Origin: the human T2T-CHM13v2.0 reference genome, Homo sapiens
Strand: one strand, 5' to 3'
Assembly (NCBI RefSeq): GCF_009914755.1
Contig: NC_060925.1
Length of the DNA stretch: 64,000 nt
The number at the start of each line of letters is the position of its first letter. Positions within the stretch are counted from its first letter, which is position 1. The position numbers and the translations under genes are program-made. This document shows positions 32,230-45,270 of the stretch, one piece after another. The notes beneath the pieces were generated by a model. It was not told the origin of the DNA. It searched no databases and saw nothing but the letters and a program-made list of their open reading frames with translations.

Positions 32230-33199
32230 TATATATATATATGTTTAATGATTTCTCAGTGGACAATTTGGTTAGGTCCTTCACCTATTTTGTTGAAAGC
32301 AGCACACTGGAAACCACCAGACTTGCAAAAGGAAATTTTACCTGGTCTTTCCAACACCATTTTTTTAAAATGGCACTTTGGTACCTTGAGGTTTTTATAC
32401 CTCAGGACAACGCACTATTGTAAGATCTGGATGAGTTAGATGTGTACCTTTCTTTTGCAGCATGGAAGAGGAGGAGGCAGGAAAAGAGAACCCATATTAC
32501 ATCATCACTTTTAGATACAAATATAGCATAGAAGTTGAGGACCTGGAAAGTGAAAAAGTGAATCCCTTAAAACAATCCGAATGTCCATGTATACAGGAGA
32601 ACCTCACAAAACTATGTTATTGTACTACTTGTAAGTTATTTAAGAAATTTTTAAAGGGTAATATTGATTATGCTACATTTTCATAGTATACTGACTTGAG
32701 AACTTAATCTTTTCTCCACTTCATAGCGCCTGCTTATTTTGTTTACTCAGAACCTGGGTATGAACCTGAATGTTTCCTTCCCTATCTCATTCCATTCTTT
32801 CTTTTAGTGCCTACTGCTAACTGCTTGATTCTGTTCCCCATTCAAATTCCTACCAGGATCTGGAAACCCTAGATCAATTCACAAGGGAGCTATATAACAG
32901 GTGCCTGGCTAGCATGTAGATTAGTGCCACAGGTGGTCCAACTGGCTGTGGTGAGAGAGCCAGGGTTGCTTGGTATAAATCATGGCCACATAAGTTTGCC
33001 CTGTCAATAGCACTGTGAATGAGACAATTTCACTTACAAGGAGCAATGGGTTTACAAAGGCCAAATAAAGAAGGGACCAGTCAGAACTCTTCAATCCTGA
33101 CTTCATTTTGCAGCAAAAGCAATTAACAAAAGGATAAAAAAAGGTTTGGAATCCATTACCTAATCTCATTTGGGCCCAGGTGTGACAATCACTCATTCA

Positions 33200-33922
<723 letters not shown>

Positions 33923-34586
33923 TTATCAGCAGCTTAAAATGAATCCAGTATCAACAAATTTATGACCCATCTGCTGAGCAGATCACTTCCATCTGTAACC
34001 CTGGCCATGCTACATAGTTGGCAGCCACACAAAAATGTCCCTGGCAAACACTGTATCAGAATTTAGATTCCTCATGGGAATTAAAGTTAACTGTTAGATT
34101 TTTTAAAATAAGACTTCTATAACATTTTCAAGGTGAATTTAAATAACTTCAATAATTTTCATGTAAAGTTTTCTAAAATATATAACCCCATGCCATAATC
34201 AAATGACCATAATTTAAATAATTCAGGTTCATTCTTATGTTATCTTACATTGTAATATTCCTCCCTTGAATAAAACTGCTGCATCTGTGAGACGTATATC
34301 TTCTTTCCCCTGACATGGCTTTAACTGACTTCCTGGACTGTTCTCACATTCATTAAAGGCTTTGGATCAGTCTTACTTTCCAGCCACGTAGAACCAATAA
34401 TTCTTTCATTTATTTGTTATCTCAATAAATAAATATTTACTTAGTACCTACTATATGTCAATCACTGTGTGCCTGGGGCCTGGAATGATTAGATGAAAGG
34501 CATAGACCCTTCCTCTGGTGGCCGGAGATGACAAGCAGATATTCAGCCCCATTCTTCAGCAAGTATGCATTTGTATGAACCACTAG

Positions 34587-34940
<354 letters not shown>

Positions 34941-35374
34941 TAGCCAAGTGCCTTAATAGTGACAACCCATTCCAAACACATCATCTGTTCTTTCGTGCCT
35001 CAGAGACTTTGCACAGGTTTGCCCTACCTAGAATATCTGTTCCCCTTTATTCACCTAGTTAACTCCAAGTAATTCTTAACTCTCAATTCATAACTCATCT
35101 GATTCAGTGTTTTGAAGTAATAACCAAGGAGATGGGTAGTTTTGTCCAACACCCTTGATTCTTCAACACAAACCACCAATTGCTTCAGATTTTTAGTTCT
35201 TGCGTACTTTAGTCAATGGCTTCTTATGTTACTCTAGATTTGTGTTGTTCTGAACGATGAAATGTTCAGTTTCTGTTATTTTAGTTACACATGGTCATCA
35301 TTTTAATCATTTATTCAAGAATGATACATGTTCACTGAGCACCAATACATATCAATATGCCAGGCTTTTTTTTT

Positions 35375-36810
35375 TAATTGATGGAAATATAAAGGACCTA
35401 GAGTAACCAAAGAGACTTTTAAAAGGAAGAATCAAGTTGGAATACTTACTCTACCTGATTCCAAAACTTACTGTAAGTGATAGTAGTTAAGATAGTTTTG
35501 TATCAGTGAAAAGATAAACACAAAGATCGATAGAACACAGCCAGAAGTAGACCCACACATGGTAGGGTTGATTGATTTTTGACAAAGTGTTAAAGCAATT
35601 CCAAACGGAAAGGAAGGTCTTTTCAACAAATTGTGCTGGATCAACTCAGGACCTGTGGGGGGAAAAAATGAACATCAACCCTACCTCACACCATAAGCAA
35701 AAATTAATTCAAACTGGATCTGAGACCTAGATGTAAAAATCCAAACTATACCTTTTTAGAAAACATAGGAGAATATTACACTCTCCTGTGTGGTTGAGAT
35801 TGGTAGTTCTCAGAACACAAAAAGCAGGAATCACATAAACAAAACAAAAAATGGATAAATTGAACCTGATTAAAAAAAAAACTGCTCTTTGAAGGACATC
35901 ATTAAGAAAATGAAAAGGCAACCCAGCACAGGGGCTCACACTTGTAATCCCAGCATTTGGGGAAGCTGAGAAGGGAGGATTGCTTGAGACCAGGAGTTTG
36001 AGACCAGCCTGGGCAACATAGTGAGATCCTGTCTCTACCAAAAAATATATAATTAGCTGGGTATGGTGGCACATGCCTGTACTCCTAGTTACTCGGGAGG
36101 CTGAGGCAGGAGGATTGTGTGAGCCCAGGAGTTTGAGGTTACAGTGAGTTATGATCACACCACTGCTCTCCAGCCAGGGTGACAGAAAGAGACTCTGTCT
36201 CCAAAAAAAGAAAAATAAGATAATTCAATAGCAAGCCAAAGACTGTGTAAAAATACTTGAAACACATATATACACAAAAGACTTACATACAGATCATGTA
36301 ACCAGTCCTTGCCACTCAACAATAAGACAAACAAAATAACAAAATTGGCAAATTATTTGAAGTTACTTCACAGCAGAAAATATATAAATGACAATAAGCA
36401 CCTGAAAAAATGTTCAACATCATTAGTGGTAAGAGAAATGTAAATTAAAGTCACAATGAGATACCACCTTATACCCATTACAATGGCTAAAAAAAAATGT
36501 TCTGTTTTCCTTTTTAGAGACAAGATTTCTCTGTCACCCAGACCGGAGTGCAGTGTTGGGATCATGGCTAACTGCAGTCTCAAACCCCTGGGCTCTAGTG
36601 ATCCTCCCTCTTGCGCCCCTGAGTAGCTGGATCTACAGGCAAGCACCACTACACCTGGCTAGATTTTTATTTTTTTGTAGATGGGTATTACTACATTGGT
36701 CCGGGTGGTCTCAAATTCCTGGCTTCAAGGGATCCTCCCTCCTCAGCCTCCCAAAGCACTGGGATTACAGGTGTGAGCCACTGCTCCCAGCCAGAATAGC
36801 TAAAACTAAC

Positions 36811-36870
<60 letters not shown>

Positions 36871-38160
36871 GTGAAGTGTTGGTGAGGTTATGGAGCAACT
36901 GGAACTGTCATACACTGCTGGTGGGAATGAAAAATGTACAACCATCTCAGCAAACAGTTTGGCTATTTCATAAGTGCTGGGTGAGGTGTCAGAGCCCTAG
37001 CACTAGAAAGTGGTCAACTCACGGGTTGGTAAGAATTTACAGACAACAGTATAGGTTTAAAAAGGAAACTTCTATTAAATAGAATGCTGCAAAAGAGTGC
37101 AGCGGGGCGCCTCAGAAAGAGAGGACTGAGTGTGCCAGTGAATTTTTCCTTAGGGATATTTATGGACCTCAAAGAGGGAGCTTACGGGCAATTTGGACCA
37201 TATTAGCCATGTAGGTCATGATAAGTGATTACATTTGTAGACATTCTGGTGCCTTAATGTCAGCAAGGGTCACACAATGAGTTTTGATATGCATGCATTC
37301 AAGAGATGTATAGAAATTCTAGTTACTTATAAATTTTGGGGAAAAAAAACTGGAACCAGATGCCTGTGTTACATAACAGGAAAGTCTAATTACTTCTGAA
37401 TTCCTCAGATAAGAAGTTTTTGTCTCCAGGGCCTGCTGGATGGTCACCAGGTAATTTTGCTCTGGTCATTTTCCCCTGACAAATAACTTGGTCAAATCTT
37501 GGACCCTTTATATTCCCCCATGCTCAAGTCAGCCTGTTGCATATCATGGTCTCAAGAAAGAGAAAATAGCATAGTGAAGAGGGATGTCAAGTCTATCTGG
37601 CTACTTCCTGCTGAAAGAGGGCTCTCCAGCCTGGGCCAGAGAGTGGGACTCTGTCTCAAAAAAAAAAAAAAAAAATCCAGACAGTCTAGTCACAAATGTT
37701 CACAGCATTTTCAACAACAATTTGTGTTGTTTCTAATTTGGGGCTATTACAAATAAAAATGCTGTTCCCATCAATGATTAGATAAACAAAATAGTGATAA
37801 ATCCATACAACTGAATACTAATCAGTAATTAAAACAAAACACAACCTGCTGATACATGCAATAAGGAGGCAAAAAAAAAGAGAACACTGTGTGGGGATAA
37901 TGATTTCATTTATTTAAGATTCAAGAAAATGCAAACTAGTCTCTACTGACAGAAAGTGGTTGCTTCGGTATGAGGTTGGAAAGAGAGATGGATTACAAAG
38001 GGCACAAGAAAACTTTTGGGATTGACAGAAGATTATGTTTATTGTAGTAGTGGTTTAATGGGTATACATATATGTCAAAACTGATCAAACCAAACTTACG
38101 GCTTTATATATGTGCAGCGTAGAGGTCTTCAATTATAACTGAATAAAGTTTTCTAAAAAA
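35375..38160 (+). mobile_element. Fragmented old L1M 3' half, interrupted by Alus (~35920-36215 +, ~36510-36792 -), a (TA)n and an ERV LTR-like insert (~36975-37480)
   Basis: L1 ORF2 C-terminal and 3' motifs (tcttttcaacaaattgtgctgga; aaatgttcaacatcattagt; cacaatgagataccac). Confidence 0.75.
36812..36868. repeat. (TA)n microsatellite (~28 units)
   Basis: Direct reading. Confidence 0.97.
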
Positions 38161-39399
38161 TGGGGATAAAAATAACATCTTCAGCCTGTTGTAGGGATTC
38201 ACTGAATATGTTAAAGCACTTTATCATAATACCTGGCTCCGAGTTTGATGCCGCTGACACTTAGATATCAAACTCAACCTCTCTACCAAGCTCTTCATCC
38301 AAACAGACTAGGGGTAAAGACTGTCTAAGACTATACAGAAAGATCATGTATCTGAGGAATTAAAAATAGGGCATAAGATTTGGCAATGTGTCACTCGGCA
38401 AACTCAATAAACTAGTATTATCAAGGCAAAAAATATATACACAAAAAGAACTGGGTTAAAAAAAATTTTTTCTATGGACTTTTAACGTGATAACTCATGA
38501 CACAGGGGTTAGGATCTTCAGTTTTCCTTTGGAAGTTAATAAAAACCACTATAGAGAAAAACAAGATTTGCTAGTAAGAAGGTGAAAACTGCTTCTCCTC
38601 TCAGGGTTCTAGTTCTCTTGCAACCTAAAACAAAGGAACCAGACAGGATATCCACTTTCGTACCGTACAGCTCCAAACACTAATCAATCACTCCATTCAC
38701 TTATCTTTTCTATTTCCTTGTATTCTGTCAAACAACTGTCTCTTGGTTTAAATACTTTTCTGCTGGTCTTCGCTCTCTCTCTCTCCTCTTCTGGTTTATT
38801 TTCATCCAGATGTGGATTTTCCCCAAAGTTTCCATCTTATCCTTTTCTCCTCCTGTGTATGCGCCACTGAAGTCAAGATTGCCACATTCAAACTCCCCAC
38901 ACATTCACACACCCACTCCCAATATACAGTATCTCGCCCAATGTTTATCACTCCGGATACATTCCTAGAATCCAAAGATCTGGAGCAGGGAGAAAAAGAA
39001 AAGGCGCCTACCAGATGCCTGGAACAGTCTACTAGGCACTACAAGTACATTAGCTCTTTCAATGCTCACAACAGCCCAGCCAGATGTTATCTCAATCTTA
39101 CGGATGAATAAATTTAAGACTTCTGGCTGGACACTAGAGGCTGGCGAAGTACGTGACCTTTGATCAGAATCTCCTGGAGGAGTGGGGTCCCTGACCATTG
39201 TACCTTCCAGAGAACCTTAAAACTGAGATCCCAGGAGACCCCTCTCGGATACTCTGCAGAAGTCAGAGTGACGATATTAGCAAGCACACCGCAGCCATGC
39301 GAACCCTTCCTGGCTCAGCTCCCGACAAAAGAAATCAAGCCCCCAGTCAAAATACAACAACAACGGATTAGGCCTACAACCCTCTCCCCCGGCCCCCAA

Positions 39400-40350
39400 A
39401 TTCTCAGGAGAAATCCCCTAAGAGTCAGGTACGGAGGTCACTGCAGCGACTTCAGCGTGCAGAGAACGCGGGGACCTAGGAAGAGGACGCTCCAGCCCAA
39501 CTGAGCGTCTCTGATTGGCCGCCAGCTCAGCTTGGAACGCTGGGGTGCGTGGCGTCATATCCGCCGGGCCCGCCATCTTGTTCCCAGGGGCAGTTGGCGG
39601 AAGAGATCGAGCTCCCTGGCTGCCGGCTCGCCTTCTGCGTGGAGTTCTCGCGGTCTGGGTTTCGCTGTCTGCTCTTGGCCCGGGGTCATTTTGTCGGCGT
39701 CGGGTGCCCTCTCTTGCCCAGCTGGGGCACAGCGAGGCGGCCCCTTCTCCCGACGACGTTCGATGGAGTAGGGTCCCAGACCGTTGTCCCGAAGAGCGAG
39801 ATCGAGCTTGGCCCCCTCCCCCCCCTCCTTCCCTCCCTCCTTCCTTCCGCCGCAACATGGCTAACAACAGCCCCGCGCTGACAGGCAACTCGCAGCCGCA
39901 GCACCAGGCGGCTGCAGCTGCGGCTCAGCAACAGCAGCAGTGCGGCGGCGGCGGCGCTACCAAGCCGGCGGTCTCCGGCAAGCAGGGCAATGTGCTCCCG
40001 CTCTGGGGCAACGAGAAGACCATGAACCTCAACCCCATGATCCTGACCAACATCCTGTCGTCGCCTTACTTCAAAGTACAGCTCTACGAGCTCAAGACCT
40101 ACCACGAGGTGGTGGACGAGATCTACTTTAAGGTACGAAGTGTGTAGGCCTTGGCTTTGGGGGTAAGTTCGGAAGAGGGGGTATGGAGGAAACGGGCGAA
40201 GGCGGCCCCCGAAATCTGAAGATTTGTGGGTGGGGGAAGGTGGTTCGGCGGAGGGGTGGCTGCGGCCTGTAGTGTGTCTGGGAGGGGTCGGACTGGGGCC
40301 GCCCTCTCGTTTCCATTTTAGATTTTTAGGGCCGGGAGAGCCCGCCACTA
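39400..40350 (+). promoter_or_regulatory. PRPF38B: PRPF38B CpG-island promoter and 5' UTR
   Basis: CpG-rich; inverted NF-Y box CTGATTGGC (39511-39519); YY1 motif CCGCCATCTT (39570-39579); GGCAGTTGG MYB-like site (39589-39597). Confidence 0.88.
39857..40132 (+). CDS. PRPF38B: PRPF38B coding exon 1 (92 aa; poly-Ala/Gln/Gly tract then the start of the PRP38 domain)
   Basis: caacATGG Kozak; MANNSPALTG...LPLWGNEKTMNLNPMILTNILSSPYFK...EIYFK; AAG|gtacga donor. Confidence 0.97.
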
Positions 40351-42966
40351 TTGATCTCTCTCCTCCCCCAACCTCCTGCCCACCCCTGGGGGGAGTTGGG
40401 CAAGAGGGATGGGGGAGAGGAGGAAAGAGTAACAGAAGCCTTTCCAGTTTACAGCTTTAAAATTATTCCTTTTGACGTGGATCTGCTGAGCGCCAACTTG
40501 TTGGTGCTTCTCCCGCTCACCCCTGGCCAGGGCGTGTAATGACTTCAGTATTGGCCTCGTGTTGTTGGTACTCACTATCCGATCCAGGCAGGGAAATGGT
40601 CAGTGCGTGTGTGTCGGGTGGGGTGGGGGGATGAGGGTGGAGAGGTGCCATTTCAAGAGGTGTACAGAAGGCCTGGAAATTTTCCCAGCAGGAAGTCAGG
40701 AGTAAGAGGTCTCAGCCACCTGTGCATTGGGCTAATTTAGAATTATCTGGGCCCTGGGCTTCTGCGGCAGGGTCGGTGCTGGCTTGGCTGTGCTGGGGAG
40801 CTCACCTGGCGCCTCCTCACTGCACTCTTGTCTCAGTTCTTGTTTCGTTAGCAGGATTGACTCAGTCTTGCAGCGAGGCTCGGAGCAGCCCAGGGTCGCA
40901 GGTAGAGGTATGCACTATTAATCATGCTCAATCGCCATAAATGCATTTCCCTGGTTAAATGAACGACTAATTAGATTTTTGTGGGTTTTTTTGGCCATTG
41001 CTTTTGGTCCTTCACCAATTAGGTAGGCTTTTTCCACTTCCCTGCAAATTATGTAGTATAAAAAATACCTTCCAGGCCTCCGAAAGTTAATTTCTATTTT
41101 AAAGAATATTAATAATAGCCTTAGTGGTCTTTAAAAATTTTATCCGGAGCATCTAATACACAATCCATTTTTGTCTATATTCACTCTTAAAAACTTGACA
41201 GACCGCACAAAGTGTTTTCTATCATTTGAACGTATGTGTAGAGATGGTAACAAAAGGACATTCTCTTTTGTCTTGCCCACCTTTTCCCCCAGTTGAGTAA
41301 TTAGGTTATTGAAGGATTTTGAGAGATTAGTTGCTTTTTATAGAAAACATCTCTTGAATACAGTTCAACTTTGGGTTGATAAAGTACACAAATAAATTTG
41401 GAATCCTCTTACGAGAGTAGGTCTGATTGTAATTCTATGAATTAGTTTTTTTAGCTTTTAAAAGGTAAGACCTTTTTAGCATGGATACAGTATGGTGAAT
41501 AACATTTAATCCTTAGCTTTATTTATGCAGTAAACTTTAAACAGTTGAAAATTGGGTTCCTGCTCTTTCTGCGGCAGGTTCTGTTTTCTAACATAGGCAA
41601 AATGTTAATGTAATAGAGGAAAGTCTCGTTTTTAAGTTTCAAATGTGTTTTGAAACAAGATTCTACCAGGAATTGTTTTTAAATTCCGTTAAAAAACTAA
41701 AGACCCAGTTTTTTTACTAATATTAAGAAGACTTAAGACTTTCAGATCAAATACTCACTGAAATTTATAAGTTTCCAACTTTGTAATTTTATTTTGTATG
41801 CATCCAGCCCTGCCTTTGGCTAGCTTTTAAGGAATTGAAACATCTTTTACATGGCAATCTGTGGGGAAGAAAGGAAACGTTAAAGCACTGCAAAATAGTG
41901 TAGTGCTTAAACTTACATGCACGCTTTTCTATCTAAAGCCATTGTTCAGGACTACAAAATTTACCATGTGGGTGGAAATAGAATTTTAGAAATATGCAGT
42001 GAAAAAACAGGATTTTTTTTTATGTTTTTAAAAAAAAACAAAGATGGGTCTTCCCAAAAGACCTTTTTGGATTCTATTTTAGAGTTAATATTCTTTTGTT
42101 GTTGTTGCTGTTGTTGTTGCTATTTTTAGATAAGGACTAGTTTTTGTAAGATGTTCCTCTTAGCAAATATGATACTGTATCATCTTTGATGATACTTAGT
42201 ATATGCCAGTGACTATTCACACTCAGTTTTTGACACAATTTATATTCTGGGGAATAATTGGATTGGTTCACACATAATTAGGCTGAAGCTTAATTACAAC
42301 AATGATCTCTGTAAGTGTGGCCTTTGTAATTTTATCTTTAATCAGGAATAAACCTGACCCTGGTGGAAAAAATGTACAAATAAAAAGTTCCATAATTTTG
42401 CATCACAAGTAACTCGTTACTGTTTTAGAAAATTTTCTTCAAGTAATTTTCCTTAATTTTATAATGTAGATTTTAAATTACAATAAAATTGAACTATTGA
42501 AGGTGTTTTGAAGTTTTTAAATTAATGCTTAACGTTAATACTTTTTGCTTTAAATTGGAGACTTAAATCCATTTTTAAAGGAAAATGTTAAGCAACCCAT
42601 AAGTTAAATTGTCAAATATTATCAAAGTTAAAATATTACCAAATAGTTTTTGCAACCAAGTGAGACTATAGAAATTTTCTGACTCCCAGATGTAGATATC
42701 AGCTCTTTATAAAGCTAGTTGAGTGGGATTTCTCCTCTGCAAAGCTATTAAGGTTTTGTTAAACCCTAGTAGCTTTATGGGTGCTGTTTAAATGTCTAAG
42801 CAGTTTTTCCAAAAATGATTTACACACTTAATATCAGTAAACATATACTTAATGCCAAAATAATTTTGGAAGAGCTGCTCTATTATGGACTTGGGTTTAC
42901 TTTTATCAGGCTTTTAAACAAATTCAAAGTATGAATGTTTGTTGTGTTCCTCTTTTCTATTTTCAG

Positions 42967-43035
42967 GTCACGCACGTTGAACCATGGGAGAAAGGAAGCA
43001 GGAAAACAGCGGGCCAGACAGGGATGTGCGGAGGG
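42967..43035 (+). CDS. PRPF38B: PRPF38B exon 2 (VTHVEPWEKGSRKTAGQTGMCGG)
   Basis: ttttcag acceptor, GGG|gtaagt donor, 69 nt, phase 0/0. Confidence 0.97.
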
Positions 43036-43307
43036 GTAAGTAGAAGTACGTGCATTTTTCAGTTTTTCTGTGTCTAATAACTAAGTTTATATTTAGAGAA
43101 CTAGAGGCCTGTCAATTATACACTTGAGTGACAATTTTTTTAATCCAAATTCAAGTGTTCAGTGAAATAGGGTTAGAAAAGTGTTACTTTTTAATGCTCC
43201 TTAGTTCTGGATTATGGATTGTTATTGATACCTAACAGGATTAATCAATTGGTGTTAAGAGTCCGTTAATTATTTTACTACTTTTTCTTAACTCGTTTCC
43301 CCTAAAG

Positions 43308-43459
43308 GTTCGAGGTGTTGGAACAGGAGGAATTGTTTCTACAGCATTTTGCCTGTTATACAAATTATTTACCCTGAAGTTAACTCGAAAGCAAGTGATG
43401 GGTCTTATAACACACACAGACTCTCCATATATTAGAGCGCTTGGATTTATGTATATAAG
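43308..43459 (+). CDS. PRPF38B: PRPF38B exon 3 (VRGVGTGGIVSTAFCLLYKLFTLKLTRKQVMGLITHTDSPYIRALGFMYIR)
   Basis: PRP38 core (YIRALGFMYIR); aag acceptor, AG|gtgagc donor, 152 nt. Confidence 0.97.
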
Positions 43460-43541
43460 GTGAGCGTACATTTATGTACATTTCCAGTAAATATCTCATT
43501 TTAATTCACATGTGTTTAATAATAGTCTTTTGTAATTCTAG

Positions 43542-43602
43542 ATATACACAGCCCCCTACAGATCTGTGGGACTGGTTTGAATCCTTCCTTGATGATGAAG
43601 AG
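43542..43602 (+). CDS. PRPF38B: PRPF38B exon 4 (YTQPPTDLWDWFESFLDDEE), after an 82-nt intron
   Basis: ttctag acceptor, GAG|gtatgt donor, 61 nt. Confidence 0.97.
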
Positions 43603-44256
43603 GTATGTCAACAAGGGTAATAATTTGTTTTCTTCTGATTACTCTCATATTTTTATTATCTTTTATTTATTGGTGGTTTAATGTCTTCAAGAACTTCCTG
43701 TAGTTAAATTTATTTCAGTGAGATACTTTTGGAATTAATGTCCTTTTACTGAGACCTGATGGCTTTTATGTATTTTAGGGTAAATTTCTGAAGTTTTATT
43801 TTCTTGTTTTAAAATTGTTTAAATGTGTTTGGTAACTATTGGAAAATTTTCTCTTCTTAATTATGTTCTGTGTATTGTATTGATCCTGAATTGTATAGTT
43901 AATAGTGACTTTTCAAGATGGGGCATGCTCAAGATCGAACAGATAATAAAAGATATGCACATAGAATACTAATTGTAGCTTTTTTTTCTTCTGGAACATT
44001 TCAGTTCTTCACCCTCTAGCTTCTTCCAAATATCAGTATTCCCACTTGCATAGAAGTGCAGAATTGAAGAGTTGGGTGTTACATAAATAGGCTAAGTGTT
44101 TGGATGACTTGTTCAAGGTGACAAAATTTTAATTCCAGTTTTCTGACTCCTAGTACACCACACACACCTTTAAAAAAGAAATTTTTTAAATTGTAATTCG
44201 AGTCTCCCTAATTTGAAATCTGAAATACTAAGTTAGATTTAAATCGTGTATGCATT

Positions 44257-44523
44257 GGCTGGGCGTGGTGGCTCACATTGTAATCCCAACACTTCGAGAG
44301 TTCAAGACCAGCCTGAGCAATATAGTGAGACCTCATCTCTACAAAAAAAAGTTTAAAAATTAGCTGAGCATAGAGGTATGCATCTTAGTCCCACCTACTT
44401 GGGAGGCTGGGGTGGGAGGATCACTTGAGCCCAGGAGACAGAATTTGCTGTGAGCCAAGATCATTGCCACTGCATTCCAGCCTGGGTAACACAGTAAGAC
44501 CCTTTCTCAAAACAAAACAAAAT
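44257..44523 (+). mobile_element. AluJ-type SINE in PRPF38B intron 4
   Basis: Diverged Alu dimer. Confidence 0.85.
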
Positions 44524-45199
44524 ATCATATATGCATTAATTTACTTGCATGGTGAAGTCCAACATGTCAAAAATGAAATGATGAGCTGTATTGTCCCTAT
44601 GTCTACCCAGTCTACTACTTTGTGTTTTAAGGTTCATAAGACTTTTTGAGTGCTATGTGTCAGTAGTCTATTTACAGAGTTCATCCAAAGAATTTATTGA
44701 ATTAAAGGATGGTTCTAATGGAAATCTATTGTGTTTTGTTATTACATGCACACCTAAAAAAAAAAAAAATCTCATTTAGACATGGAGAATTTTTATTTTT
44801 CTCTTTTTTTTTGCCTGTTAACTGAGTTACTTCACTCAGAAGAAGCAAAACGTGTTTTAAATCACAATCTTTAAGGTCTTTTTATCTTTAGATCAGTTTT
44901 TCAGACTGAAGTGCTTCTCCCTTCTGTCTTTAAAAAAGCATGTTCCTCTTCATAATTGGTGTTGTATTGGTTTTGTTTCTGGATGCCTCTATTTTATGTT
45001 TTTTATTGTGTTTACAAATCTGAGGTCCTCTATTTAAGCTAACTTATTGTTTTCTTCCTTAGATATCTGCAGCGATTATATTTGGAAATACTGTATATCT
45101 GAACACTTAAATGTGTGTGAGTGCAAGCAGTTTTACCTTTAGCTCTTGTTTTCCTGTTTAGATAACAAATCTCACTTTCCTTGTGTGCTTGCACTATAG

Positions 45200-45270
45200 G
45201 TTTGGGACTGACAATAGCTGACTAACATGTCCTGAGCTGTGAGAGGGCATAGCAAGAAGGCCTTCATGCG
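45200..45270 (+). other. PRPF38B: Candidate PRPF38B poison cassette exon (71 nt, in-frame TGA at codon 4)
   Basis: Pyrimidine tract + tag acceptor, GCG|gtaatg donor; reads GTT TGG GAC TGA after phase-0 exon 4. Confidence 0.6.

Noticed and set aside
39418-40348. 156-aa and 220-aa antisense ORFs over PRPF38B exon 1
   Set aside because: CpG-island composition suppresses stop codons; no supporting gene structure.
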